This document shows positions 9,607-19,139 of a stretch of DNA of 64,000 bases, one piece after another (within the stretch, counting starts at the first letter, position 1; every line of letters starts with the position of its first letter). The notes under the pieces are model-generated. The model worked only from the letters and a program-made list of their open reading frames with translations, had not been told where the DNA came from and made no database searches. The stretch is from NCBI GenBank assembly GCA_028286525.1, contig JAQBRL010000020.1, positions 7,444 to 71,443 on the forward strand, read 5' to 3'. This stretch comes from Parcubacteria group bacterium. GTDB lineage: Bacteria; Patescibacteriota; Minisyncoccia; Phycocordibacterales; Phycocordibacteraceae. The translations under genes were made by a program, and so were the position numbers.

Positions 9607-10275
9607 ATGGAAGTCGCGATCGAGCCATCCTGGAAGAAGCATCTGGCGGCTGAATTCGAGAAGCCGTATTTCAAGGAGCTTACCGAGTTCGTTAAAGAGG
9701 AGTACAAAAATACGAAGGTGTATCCGGCTCCGAAGAATATCTTCCGTGCCTTCGAGCTCACGCCGTTCGATACAGTGAAAGTCGTGATTCTCGGACAGGA
9801 TCCATACTTTAATCCGAACCAGGCGCACGGACTGTCGTTTTCGGTCATGGAAGGGGTCCGTAACCCACCTTCGCTGCAGAATATCTTCAAGGAGATCGAA
9901 TCCGATATCGGCGAGAAGCCGAAGAGCGAAAGCGGCGACCTCACGCGATGGGCGACGCAGGGCGTGCTACTTCTGAACGCGACGCTTACGGTGCGCGCGG
10001 GCGCCGCTGGCTCGCACCAATCGCACGGATGGGAAGAGTTCACGGATGCGGTGATACGGACACTCTCGGAGGAACGCGAGCATCTCGTATTCATACTCTG
10101 GGGCAATTACGCTCGTAGCAAGAAAGTCCTCATCGACGCTTCCAAGCATGACATCATCGAGTCGCCGCATCCCTCGCCCTTTTCGGCGCGCAACGGCTTC
10201 TTCGGCTCCAAGCCTTTCAGCAAAGCGAATGCGTATCTGACGGCACATAACGACCTACCGATAGATTGGACCTAA
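9607..10275 (+). CDS. ung: Uracil-DNA glycosylase, family 1
   Basis: The GQDPY, HPSPFS and LLLN motifs are present. Confidence 0.9.
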   Translation: MEVAIEPSWKKHLAAEFEKPYFKELTEFVKEEYKNTKVYPAPKNIFRAFELTPFDTVKVVILGQDPYFNPNQAHGLSFSVMEGVRNPPSLQNIFKEIESDIGEKPKSESGDLTRWATQGVLLLNATLTVRAGAAGSHQSHGWEEFTDAVIRTLSEEREHLVFILWGNYARSKKVLIDASKHDIIESPHPSPFSARNGFFGSKPFSKANAYLTAHNDLPIDWT

Positions 10276-10320
10276 TGCTTCCGTTTTGATTCATATAGTA
10301 AATGCTGATATTTTAGGTAT

Positions 10321-11631
10321 ATGGCTCGCGCATCCGTAAAAAAACAACCGGCCTTCGTCGGCATCACTTTCGTCCGTGAACGGGACGGAATACGTGAGTA
10401 TAAGCTGGAGAAGAACGGCCTCACCATCCTCCTTGCTGAAAATCATGCCGTTCCGGTAGTCGGCTTCATGGTGACTTATCACGTAGGCTCCCGGAACGAA
10501 GCCATAGGCTATACGGGCGCCACGCATCTCCTTGAGCACCTTATGTTCAAGGGTTCGGAGCGATTCAATGCAGATACCGGAAAGGATACTAAGCAATTCC
10601 TCGAATCGCGCGGCGCGTATATAAACGCGACCACATGGTGGGATCGTACTAATTATTTCGAAGTGATGCCGAAACACATCCTGCCGGACGCGATAGCGCT
10701 CGAAGCGGATCGTATGAGGACCGCCCGTATCACCGAGACCGATCGCGAGAGCGAAATGCCCGTCGTACGCAATGAATTCGAACGCGATGAGAATCTTCCC
10801 ATGTCGGCACTCGACAAGCAGATCTGGGCACTTGCCTTCCAGGCGCATCCGTATCATCACAACACTATTGGATGGAAAAGCGACATCGAAGGCGTTTCGA
10901 TCGAGCGTTTGCAACAGTTCTATAACGACTTCTATTGGCCGGATAACGCTACGGTCTCGGTCGCTGGTGATTTCGATGCGGATGAGACCCTCACGCTGAT
11001 TAAGAAGGAATTCGGCCGGCATTCTCGGAATCCAAGTGAGTACCCGCGGGTCTATACCGAGGAGCCGAAGCAGGAAGGCGAACGTCGCGCGATAGTTTCC
11101 CGTGCTGGAAATAACATGGTGGGCGTCGCGCATAAGATACCGAATGCGCATCACGCGGATATGCCCGCACTCCTCGTGCTCATGGCAGTCCTCGACCAGG
11201 GAAAGACGAGTCGTCTCTACCGCGCGCTTGTCGATACCGCTCTCGCGACCGATGTCGCGGTCGCGTGCTACGAGCTCCATGACCCAGCGCTTTTCATTAC
11301 CTACGCATCACTCACGCCAAGCGCGACTCATGAGGAAGTGGAACGAACTATCGTCAAGGAATACGGAATTCTCAAGGAGAAAATGGTTTCGGCGGCCGAG
11401 CTCGCACGCGCGAAACGCCTTCTGCGCACCGAGCTCGCAAAGCGGTGGGATGGCCCGTATCAGTTCCTTTCGTCGCTTAATGAGAGCATCGCTACAGGAG
11501 ACTGGACGCATTTCCTTACCGCGGGCGAAGCGGTGATGCAGGTTACCTCGGCTGATGTGAGACGTGTAGCGAGCACCTATTTGATTTCAGACCAGGCGAC
11601 CGTCGGGCATTTCGTGAATATTGCACCATGA
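10321..11631 (+). CDS. M16 (pitrilysin) family zinc peptidase
   Basis: An HxxEH zinc motif (HLLEHLMFKG) is present. Confidence 0.85.
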   Translation: MARASVKKQPAFVGITFVRERDGIREYKLEKNGLTILLAENHAVPVVGFMVTYHVGSRNEAIGYTGATHLLEHLMFKGSERFNADTGKDTKQFLESRGAYINATTWWDRTNYFEVMPKHILPDAIALEADRMRTARITETDRESEMPVVRNEFERDENLPMSALDKQIWALAFQAHPYHHNTIGWKSDIEGVSIERLQQFYNDFYWPDNATVSVAGDFDADETLTLIKKEFGRHSRNPSEYPRVYTEEPKQEGERRAIVSRAGNNMVGVAHKIPNAHHADMPALLVLMAVLDQGKTSRLYRALVDTALATDVAVACYELHDPALFITYASLTPSATHEEVERTIVKEYGILKEKMVSAAELARAKRLLRTELAKRWDGPYQFLSSLNESIATGDWTHFLTAGEAVMQVTSADVRRVASTYLISDQATVGHFVNIAP

Positions 11632-12899
11632 ATATGAATCGCATCGCTGACCGTATCCTAGAAAAGCAATTCGACGGAGCACGCATCTTCGCAGCGCGCA
11701 CGGGTGTGAAGGATCTCGTCTACATCGAGGGAAGCGTTCATGGAGGATGGAACATGCTTCCGCGCAGGCAGGGCGAGCTCTCCGTACTCGCCGCGGAGCT
11801 ACTCGATGCAGGCACCAAAGGGAAGTCGAAGGACCAAATCCGTGAATCACTCGCGAGCCGTGGTGCGTCGCTGTCGTTCTCATCGGGCGATGAGCGTACC
11901 TATTTCCGCGGCTCCTGCCTTCCAGAAGACATTTCACGCCTTATATCCGTACTCGTGGAGTGTTTGGGCGAGGCATCGTTCCCTCTCGGCGAGGTTAAGA
12001 CGGCGAAGAATCGCATCCATGGCGAGCTCGTCGAGGAGCGAAACGATACACGCGTACAGGCGGCTATCGCGCTCTCACGCCTCATGTACGACCCGAAGCA
12101 TCATAATTACGAAGAGACGACCAACGAGCGCATCGCGGATCTAAAGAAGACAGAACGACCAGGACTCATCGCATTCAAGAAGATGCTTGGATACGGCGGC
12201 CTCGTACTCGCAATAGTCGGCGATATTGATGCCGAGGCAGCACTCATTCTTGCCGAGAAGGCCTTCAAGAAACTCCCAGGCGGGACGAAGGAAGCGCCCT
12301 CTAAGACTCCTAATACCCGCGCGCAGGAAGGGCAGATAACCCTCGTACCTATAACGGACAAAGCGAATATCGATGTATTCATCGGTGCTTCGATTCCTCT
12401 CACGTATAACGATCCTCTCTATCTCCCGTTCATCCTCTTGACCGAGATGCTCGGCGGGCGCGGCTTCACGAGCCATCTCATGGCAACCGTGCGTGAACGT
12501 GACGGACTCACCTACGGGGTCAACTCACGGCCGACCGGCTTCACGGGGGGCGCCGACGGCGCGTTCCAGGTCTGGGCGACGTTCTCGCCAGCAAAATACG
12601 ATGAGAGCGTTGCCGTGCTGCGAAAGGAAATAGATTTCTTCTTCAAGAACGGCATTACGGAGATGGCGCTTGCCGCACGTAAGGAGGAAATGACCGGACT
12701 CTATGCAGTCGGGCTTTCGACTTCGCGCGGGCTTGCGGCAACTCTCCATCAGATAGGTCGCAGGCATCGCGATCTCTCTTACATAGATGATTACCTGACC
12801 CTTCTCCAGGCCGTAACGCTCGATGAGCTTCATAAGGCGGCATCGCTCATTCCCCTCAAGAACCTTTCGCTTGCAGCAGCAGGCACCTTTACAGGTTAG
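11628..12899 (+). CDS. M16 family peptidase, second subunit (probably non-catalytic)
   Basis: It has M16-like architecture without a clear HxxEH motif, and shares a 4-nt ATGA overlap with the upstream M16 gene. Confidence 0.75.
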   Translation: MNMNRIADRILEKQFDGARIFAARTGVKDLVYIEGSVHGGWNMLPRRQGELSVLAAELLDAGTKGKSKDQIRESLASRGASLSFSSGDERTYFRGSCLPEDISRLISVLVECLGEASFPLGEVKTAKNRIHGELVEERNDTRVQAAIALSRLMYDPKHHNYEETTNERIADLKKTERPGLIAFKKMLGYGGLVLAIVGDIDAEAALILAEKAFKKLPGGTKEAPSKTPNTRAQEGQITLVPITDKANIDVFIGASIPLTYNDPLYLPFILLTEMLGGRGFTSHLMATVRERDGLTYGVNSRPTGFTGGADGAFQVWATFSPAKYDESVAVLRKEIDFFFKNGITEMALAARKEEMTGLYAVGLSTSRGLAATLHQIGRRHRDLSYIDDYLTLLQAVTLDELHKAASLIPLKNLSLAAAGTFTG

Positions 12900-12934
12900 T
12901 CAAACGTGTTTGTATATATACCGGAGGAATCGCC

Positions 12935-13150
12935 ATGGCAAAAGGTTTGTTGCACCGTCCTGTCCAGGCTCACGAAGGTTTGGACCTCTATACGCCCCTG
13001 ATGTTCGGGCAGGTAGTATATGCGTGCCCGGAACCAATCCAAAAGGGAACGAGGATGGGTCACGTCGCGGTCAGGCTTGCTGACGACGATATGTCGCCGT
13101 ACTTCTTTATCCCCGAGGAGGCAGTGGACTGGGAAGACACGCTGCGCTGA
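12935..13150 (+). CDS. Small hypothetical protein (71 aa)
   Basis: A strong SD (ggagga) sits 7 nt upstream and a terminator follows immediately. Confidence 0.35.
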   Translation: MAKGLLHRPVQAHEGLDLYTPLMFGQVVYACPEPIQKGTRMGHVAVRLADDDMSPYFFIPEEAVDWEDTLR

Positions 13151-13167
13151 CTCAACCACTACAGGTG

Positions 13168-13205
13168 CCGCCGCAGTCTTCGTAAGACTGCGGCGGTGAA
13201 GTTTT
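13168..13205 (+). terminator. Rho-independent terminator
   Basis: An 11-bp stem (ccgccgcagtc/gactgcggcgg) is followed by gttttct. Confidence 0.6.
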
Positions 13206-13230
13206 CTATACACCGTGATATCTTCATACA

Positions 13231-15213
13231 ATGACCGTTTCAGAAGTACGCACACGTTACCTCGCCTTCTTTGCGGCGCGTGGTCACGTCATAATCCCAT
13301 CAGCACCGATAGTGCCGGGGAACGACCCTACCACGCTCTTTACCTCGTCCGGCATGCAGCCCCTTATTCCGTACCTGCTCGGTAAGGACCACCCGGAAGG
13401 GAAGCGCATCGTTAATTCCCAGATGAGCTTTCGGGCGGGCGATATCGAGGAAGTGGGCGACAATCGCCACACGACGTTCTTCGAGATGCTCGGCAATTGG
13501 TCGCTCGGCGACTATTTCAAGAAAGAGCAGCTACCCTGGTTCTTCGAGTTCATGACGAGCAAAGAAGAAGGCTTAGGACTCGATCCTACGAAACTCTTCG
13601 TCACGGTATTTGCGGGCGACCCCGATACGGGCATGGAGATGGATACCGAAGCCGTGGGCATATGGCAAGAACTCTTCAAGACCAAAGGCATCGATGCCGA
13701 ATTCGCGGATATCGGCAGCGAAGCAGCCGGCTACGAGCACGGCATTAATGGTAACGAACGCATATTCGCTTACGACGCCAAGAAGAACTGGTGGAGCCGC
13801 TCGGGCGTACCTGCCAACATGCCTGCCGGAGAGCCAGGTGGACCGGATTCCGAGGTCTTCTACGACTTCGGTCTTCCGCACGACCCAAAGTGGGGCCCGA
13901 AATGCCATCCGAACTGCGACTGCGGCCGTTTCGTCGAGATAGGGAACTCGGTCTTCATGCAGTTCATAAAGAATGCTGACGGGTCATTCTCGAATCTTCC
14001 GAAGCAGAACGTGGACTTTGGAGGCGGGCTTGAGCGTCTTGCGTTCGCTACGCTCGATAAACCTGACGTTTTTCTCATAGATGTATTTGATACAGCTCGG
14101 AACGCGATTGAATATCTATCCGGAAAAATATATGGGTCAGATGAAAAAATAACAAAGTCTTTCCGCATCATTTTGGATCACATGAGAGCATCCACCTTCA
14201 TCCTTGCTGAAGGTATAGTTCCCGCAAGCACGGAGGCTGGTTATGTCCTTAGGCGTTTGTTGCGTCGCGCAATTCGTGAGACCGATAGATTGGGAGTCAA
14301 GGACAAAGTTCTTGCATCTGTAGCTGAAGAGTTTGCTGACAAATATGCAGACCAGTATCCACGCTTGCAGGAAAATAAGCTCAAGATTTTGGATGAAATT
14401 GCAAAGGAAGAGGAGCAGTTCAGGAGAACACTCGAAACGGGTTTGAAGCAATTCGAGAAGGCAATCAGCATTAAGTCAGGCATTGTTAGCAATGCCGATC
14501 AACGCAAGGAACTTGAAGAACGAGTCTACATTAAGACTCTGGGAGCAGAAACGGTTTTCGAGTTGATGACAACCTATGGCTTCCCAGAAGAACTCATTCG
14601 AGAAGAACTAGCTTCGCACAATATCTCAGTTGATGATTGGGATATGGTCAAAAGCTTGTTCGAAAAACATCGCGAGCTTTCCCGCGCCGGAGGCGCGCAG
14701 AAATTCGCCGGAGGCCTTGCCGACCACTCCGAGCAGACCGTGCGCTACCACACGACGCATCACATCCTACTCAAAGCGCTCCAGATGGTGCTCGGGGACG
14801 AGGTCAAGCAGCGGGGAAGCAATATCACGAGCGAGCGCTTGCGCATCGACTTCTCCTCCCCCGGCAAGATGACTCCAGAGCAGAAAGAAGAGGTAGAGAG
14901 GATAGTGAACGAAATTATCTACCAGGACCTGCCGGTATCGCGCACCGTCATGCCACGGGAAGAGGCCGAGAAGCTCGGTGCCCAGATGGAATTCGGGGTG
15001 AAGTATCCCGACATGGTATCGGTGTATTCGGTCGGTCCTATCCATGCAACAGAGGAGAATCCCGATATTCCGAACGCATTCTCGCTGGAGTTCTGCGGCG
15101 GACCGCATGTGAAGAGCACAAAGGATATCCATGACGGCGGCAAGCGTTTCAAGATACAGAAAGAGGAGGCAGTCGCTGCAGGCATCCGCCGCATCAAGGC
15201 AGTGCTCGAATAA
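13231..15213 (+). CDS. alaS: Alanyl-tRNA synthetase, short form (catalytic, tRNA-recognition and editing domains; no C-Ala domain)
   Basis: Class II AlaRS N-terminal motifs are present. The editing-domain HTTHHILLKALQ and CGGPHV signatures are also present. The protein is 660 aa. Confidence 0.95.
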   Translation: MTVSEVRTRYLAFFAARGHVIIPSAPIVPGNDPTTLFTSSGMQPLIPYLLGKDHPEGKRIVNSQMSFRAGDIEEVGDNRHTTFFEMLGNWSLGDYFKKEQLPWFFEFMTSKEEGLGLDPTKLFVTVFAGDPDTGMEMDTEAVGIWQELFKTKGIDAEFADIGSEAAGYEHGINGNERIFAYDAKKNWWSRSGVPANMPAGEPGGPDSEVFYDFGLPHDPKWGPKCHPNCDCGRFVEIGNSVFMQFIKNADGSFSNLPKQNVDFGGGLERLAFATLDKPDVFLIDVFDTARNAIEYLSGKIYGSDEKITKSFRIILDHMRASTFILAEGIVPASTEAGYVLRRLLRRAIRETDRLGVKDKVLASVAEEFADKYADQYPRLQENKLKILDEIAKEEEQFRRTLETGLKQFEKAISIKSGIVSNADQRKELEERVYIKTLGAETVFELMTTYGFPEELIREELASHNISVDDWDMVKSLFEKHRELSRAGGAQKFAGGLADHSEQTVRYHTTHHILLKALQMVLGDEVKQRGSNITSERLRIDFSSPGKMTPEQKEEVERIVNEIIYQDLPVSRTVMPREEAEKLGAQMEFGVKYPDMVSVYSVGPIHATEENPDIPNAFSLEFCGGPHVKSTKDIHDGGKRFKIQKEEAVAAGIRRIKAVLE

Positions 15214-15233
15214 CCGCATCTCGCGCGTTTCGA

Positions 15234-16382
15234 TTGCTATACTCTGAACACATGGGGTTATTCAAGAAGGCCGGCACCAGTTTTGCGCTCATCGATATCC
15301 GCTCCTCATCCGTTGGCGCGGCGTATGCGGTCATAGATGCCGACCGCGCTCTCACCCTCGTCTACAGCGCGCGCGTACCGCTCGACCCGCACGCCACCGA
15401 ACCGCTGGCCGAAGCGTTGCCGCGCACGCTCGAGAAGGCGCTCGGCCTGCTCGTGAGCGAAGGCGCACCGCTTTTGCACGCCATGGCGGGCACGGGAAAG
15501 GCCGATCATGTCTACGTGACCTTTACGGCGCCCTGGCAGCACTCGGAGGTACGCAGCGCGGTCATCGAGAACGAGAAACCGTTCGTATTCACTCAGGAAC
15601 TCCTCAATGAGTCGGTCGCGGACGAAGAAGGCGAGAACAAGGGACGTACCCGGGTCAGCCAGATGATCATCGCTACGCTTCTGAACGGGTATGAAGTCCA
15701 GAATCCCTTCGGCAAGAAGGTGAACCGCGCGGAGCTCATCCTCCTGTCTTCCTCGCTTCCGGACGATGTCACCGAACTCGTGACGAAGGAAGTGCGCAAA
15801 GCGCTCCACCAGCATCAGATCGAATTCAACGCCTTCATGCCGGAAGCGTTCGTCGCCATGCAGGACCTTTATCCGCATCAACGGGATTTTCTCGTGCTTG
15901 ATGTCGGGAACGACGCCACCGATATGCTGCTCATAAAGCATGGGCTTCTCATATCCATAAGCTCGATGGCCCATGGGGTGAGCGAGATCACGCGTGCGGC
16001 CCAGGGTATGGGGGTTTCCTCCCCGGCAGTCCCGCTTGCTGCGGCGCCGCTCGTCGATATGGGACGCAATACCAGCTTCGCGTCTAAAGTCGAAGAGGCG
16101 GAACGCGAATGGCTTCAGACCATCCGCACCGAGCTGGGCGAGATAGCGAAGCAAGAGCCGCTCCCGCGTACGGTCTTCCTTCTTGCGGAGGAGAACGTGC
16201 GGGACTTCCTCGCGCGCCTGCTCGACGCCCCCGAGCTGCGCTCCCTGTGGCTTTCCGACGAGGCCCTCGCCATCATGCCGGTCCTTCCGATCCATTTCGC
16301 ACCGTTCGTGGGGGTGCAAGGGAACACGGAAATAGACCCGACTCTCGCGCTGCTCGCGCTCTCCGCGGCAAAACGTCTCTAG
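15234..16382 (+). CDS. Hypothetical; actin-like ATPase fold (PilM/FtsA-like)
   Basis: FALIDIRSSSVGAAYAVID and FLVLDVGNDATDMLLI resemble the PilM/FtsA phosphate motifs. Confidence 0.4.
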   Translation: MLYSEHMGLFKKAGTSFALIDIRSSSVGAAYAVIDADRALTLVYSARVPLDPHATEPLAEALPRTLEKALGLLVSEGAPLLHAMAGTGKADHVYVTFTAPWQHSEVRSAVIENEKPFVFTQELLNESVADEEGENKGRTRVSQMIIATLLNGYEVQNPFGKKVNRAELILLSSSLPDDVTELVTKEVRKALHQHQIEFNAFMPEAFVAMQDLYPHQRDFLVLDVGNDATDMLLIKHGLLISISSMAHGVSEITRAAQGMGVSSPAVPLAAAPLVDMGRNTSFASKVEEAEREWLQTIRTELGEIAKQEPLPRTVFLLAEENVRDFLARLLDAPELRSLWLSDEALAIMPVLPIHFAPFVGVQGNTEIDPTLALLALSAAKRL

Positions 16383-16474
16383 CCCCGCGCCGCTCGCGTA
16401 TACCCACCCCGAGCTTTTGACCTTCCCTGCGCTGGTATACTGATTCGCATACTCATCTGTCGGACTCCTTTACT

Positions 16475-17791
16475 ATGCTTAGAGACCTCAACGACATCAT
16501 TCCGCCTTCTCGCCGCCGCTCCATGGAAGGCGGTATGGAGGGCCCTCAGGCCCCAACCCCTGCCGGACAGCCTATAGACATGCGTCCCGCTGCACCCGCG
16601 CCGGTATCGCCTCCGCCTCCGCACGAGGCCCCGCTCCAGCCTGTCCCACCGATGTCGAAGCCTCCGCGCAGGCGCTTCCGCAGCGGCAGCCGCTTTCCGT
16701 TCGCTACCGCGCTCATAGCGCTCGTGGTCATCGCCGCGTGCGCCGGAGTCCTGTACGCGTTCGCGGGGGCGAAAGTCACCATCACGCCCGTTACGAACCT
16801 TGCAACGATACAGAGCGACATGACCGCGACCGCAGGCCAGGGAGATCTCCCATTCCAGCAGATTACGGTCGATAAGACGATGAGCACGAATGTCCCGGCC
16901 GAGAGCACGGTTACGGCAGCGGACCCAGCCAGCGGCAAGATAACCATCACCAATACCCAGACCGCTCCCCAGGCGCTTATCAAGAACACCCGTTTCCAAA
17001 GCGCGAACGGCCTTATTTTCCGCATTCGCGACTCGGTCTCTATTCCTGCAGGGGGCAGCCTCGTAGCTACCGTATATGCGGACGAGGCGGGCGATAAGTA
17101 CAACCTCGCACCGACCACGTTCACCATACCGGGCCTTAAAGGAAGCAAGTCCTTCGACCAAGTGAGCGCTAAGTCGGTCGCAGCGATGACTGGCGGCTTC
17201 TCGGGCTCCCGTCCTTCCGTCTCGCAGGCGACCAAGGATAAGCAGTATGCGGATATACAAGCCAAGCTCGCGGCAGACCTCGCGAAGGACCTTACGGCCA
17301 AGATGCCGGCAGGGTACGTGCTCGTGCCCGGCGCGAGCTTCACGAGCTACAGTCCAGGAACCGATGCGGCTGGAGCCTCAGGTACCGTGACGCTTTCCGA
17401 GACCGGGAACATCACCGCGGTAGTATTTCCTGCGGATGCGCTCGCCCGCGCCATCGCCTTCAAGTCGGTCGGGACCTATGGCGGCCAGCCCGTGACCCTT
17501 AAGGATGTGTCCGGTCTTGCCCTCAAGCCCACGCTCCCGACTCTCGCGCCGGACGCCCAGACCTTCGACTTCAATCTTGCTGGAAATACCACCATTGTCT
17601 GGCAGATAGATCCCGCAAAGATAGCGGCTGCGGTTGCAGGAAAGACGCGCGCCTCCGCTGAAATAGCCCTTAAAAGCTTCCCGGAAGTAGATAAGGGGAC
17701 CCTTCTCCTGCGCCCTTTCTGGGCCAGCAATTTCCCGGGCGATCCCGCCAAGATAAAGGTGATACTGACCAATGTGCCTGCTAGTAAATAA
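16475..17791 (+). CDS. Hypothetical Pro-rich, single-TM extracytoplasmic protein
   Basis: A Pro-rich N-terminus is followed by one TM helix and a T/A/G-rich ectodomain. Confidence 0.5.
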   Translation: MLRDLNDIIPPSRRRSMEGGMEGPQAPTPAGQPIDMRPAAPAPVSPPPPHEAPLQPVPPMSKPPRRRFRSGSRFPFATALIALVVIAACAGVLYAFAGAKVTITPVTNLATIQSDMTATAGQGDLPFQQITVDKTMSTNVPAESTVTAADPASGKITITNTQTAPQALIKNTRFQSANGLIFRIRDSVSIPAGGSLVATVYADEAGDKYNLAPTTFTIPGLKGSKSFDQVSAKSVAAMTGGFSGSRPSVSQATKDKQYADIQAKLAADLAKDLTAKMPAGYVLVPGASFTSYSPGTDAAGASGTVTLSETGNITAVVFPADALARAIAFKSVGTYGGQPVTLKDVSGLALKPTLPTLAPDAQTFDFNLAGNTTIVWQIDPAKIAAAVAGKTRASAEIALKSFPEVDKGTLLLRPFWASNFPGDPAKIKVILTNVPASK

Positions 17792-17852
17792 GGCCGTGCA
17801 TGGAGCTTGCCAGGGAATGCGCCGCGGCTTTCGCTGGCCTCTCGTAGCGTAG

Positions 17853-17881
17853 TTGCAGGATTTTATCGGCTAGGTTACTAT
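17853..17881 (+). promoter_or_regulatory. Sigma70-like promoter: TTGCAG, 17-nt spacer, TACTAT, feeding infA with a very short leader
   Basis: The hexamers were read directly; the -10 ends 13 nt before the infA ATG. Confidence 0.4.
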
Positions 17882-17894
17882 ACGAAGGCTTCAC

Positions 17895-18110
17895 ATGGAG
17901 GAAAAGGCAAGCGATGCGGCAACAGGCACCGTAGAAGAGGTGCTTCCAAATTCGCTATTTCGAGTGCGGATGCCTTCCGGCGAGCTATTGCTCGCCTACC
18001 TTGCTGGGAAGATGCGCTTGCACCGCATTCGCGTATTGGTCGGAGACTCGGTTGAACTGGTCCTCGATCCCTACGGCGGACGCGCCCGCATCGTGCGCCG
18101 TCTTTCCTAA
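17895..18110 (+). CDS. infA: Translation initiation factor IF-1
   Basis: An S1-like IF-1 sequence is present ([20 protein letters not shown]...[16 protein letters not shown]). Confidence 0.9.
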   Translation: MEEKASDAATGTVEEVLPNSLFRVRMPSGELLLAYLAGKMRLHRIRVLVGDSVELVLDPYGGRARIVRRLS

Positions 18111-18142
18111 AGCCTCACGTAAAGCACTACTTACCCTTACCC

Positions 18143-18259
18143 ATGAAAGTCCGCGCATCCATCAAGGTCCAGCAGCCAGGCGACATCATCGTTCGCCGTG
18201 GCGGTCGCCTGTACCGCATCAACAAGCGCAATCCTCGCCGGAAGGCTCGTCAGGGGTAG
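18143..18259 (+). CDS. rpmJ: Ribosomal protein L36, Cys-less (zinc-independent) form
   Basis: [38 protein letters not shown]; it is not in the ORF track because it is under 60 aa. Confidence 0.8.
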   Translation: MKVRASIKVQQPGDIIVRRGGRLYRINKRNPRRKARQG

Positions 18260-18288
18260 TTCGTAATCCTAATTATTTTCTATACAAC

Positions 18289-18669
18289 ATGCGTATCGCA
18301 GGTGTAACTCTTCCCGACGACAAGCAGCTCTATTACGCGCTGCCTCTTATCTATGGCATCGGCTTCACGCGTTCCCGCATCATCCTTAAGGAAGCCGGCA
18401 TCGCCGAAACCAAGAAGGGCAAGGACCTGACCGCAGAGGAAGAGCAGACGATACGCACGCTCGCCGAGGCCTACACCATCGAGGGCGAGCTCAAGCGCGA
18501 AGTGGGCCAGAACGTGAAGCGTTTGAAGGATATCCGCTCCGCACGCGGCGTCCGCCATGAGCGCCGGCTCCCGGTCCGCAACCAGCGCACCAAGACCAAC
18601 TCCCGCACCGTTCGCGGCAACACCCGTAAGACCATGGGTAGCGGTCGCCGCACGCTCGAGAAGACATAA
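18289..18669 (+). CDS. rpsM: Ribosomal protein S13
   Basis: MRIAGVTLPDDKQLYYALPLIYGIG is the S13 signature. Confidence 0.95.
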   Translation: MRIAGVTLPDDKQLYYALPLIYGIGFTRSRIILKEAGIAETKKGKDLTAEEEQTIRTLAEAYTIEGELKREVGQNVKRLKDIRSARGVRHERRLPVRNQRTKTNSRTVRGNTRKTMGSGRRTLEKT

Positions 18670-18695
18670 TCCACGACTCACTACCTTAATTACCT

Positions 18696-19130
18696 ATGGG
18701 AAAGAAACGAATCATCAAAAAGTCGGGACGCGGCATGGATCAGGGACGCAAGGAGCGTGCCCTCGGCAAGGTCGTCAAGAAGCGCGTCGAGCGCGGCGTC
18801 CTGCACGTGGAAGCTACGTTCAATAACACCAAGGCCGTCCTTACCGACGAGAAGGGCAATGCGCTCATGTCCTCTTCCGCAGGAGCCCTCGGCTTCTCGG
18901 GAGCCCGCAAGTCCACTCCGTACGCAGCTGCGAAGGTAGGCGAGCTGCTCGGGGAGCGCGCTATGCAGGTGGGCCTCAAGGAAGCATCGGTCATCATCCG
19001 CGGCGTAGGAGCCGGTCGCGAGTCCACGCTCCGTGCGTTCTCCGGCAAGGGAATCACCATCCGCGCCATCAAGGACGCCACTCCGGTCCCGCACAACGGA
19101 CCGCGTCCGCCTAAGCCTCGTCGCGTATAA
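18696..19130 (+). CDS. rpsK: Ribosomal protein S11
   Basis: An S11 fold sequence is present (GVLHVEATFNNT...ITIRAIKDATPVPHNG). Confidence 0.95.
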   Translation: MGKKRIIKKSGRGMDQGRKERALGKVVKKRVERGVLHVEATFNNTKAVLTDEKGNALMSSSAGALGFSGARKSTPYAAAKVGELLGERAMQVGLKEASVIIRGVGAGRESTLRAFSGKGITIRAIKDATPVPHNGPRPPKPRRV

Positions 19131-19139
19131 CTTTTCAGT

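Noticed and set aside
10291-11280. 329-aa minus-strand ORF
   Set aside because: It is antisense to the M16 peptidase gene with its HxxEH motif.
15306-16319. 337-aa minus-strand ORF
   Set aside because: It is antisense to the PilM/FtsA-like plus-strand ORF, with Arg-rich low-complexity composition.
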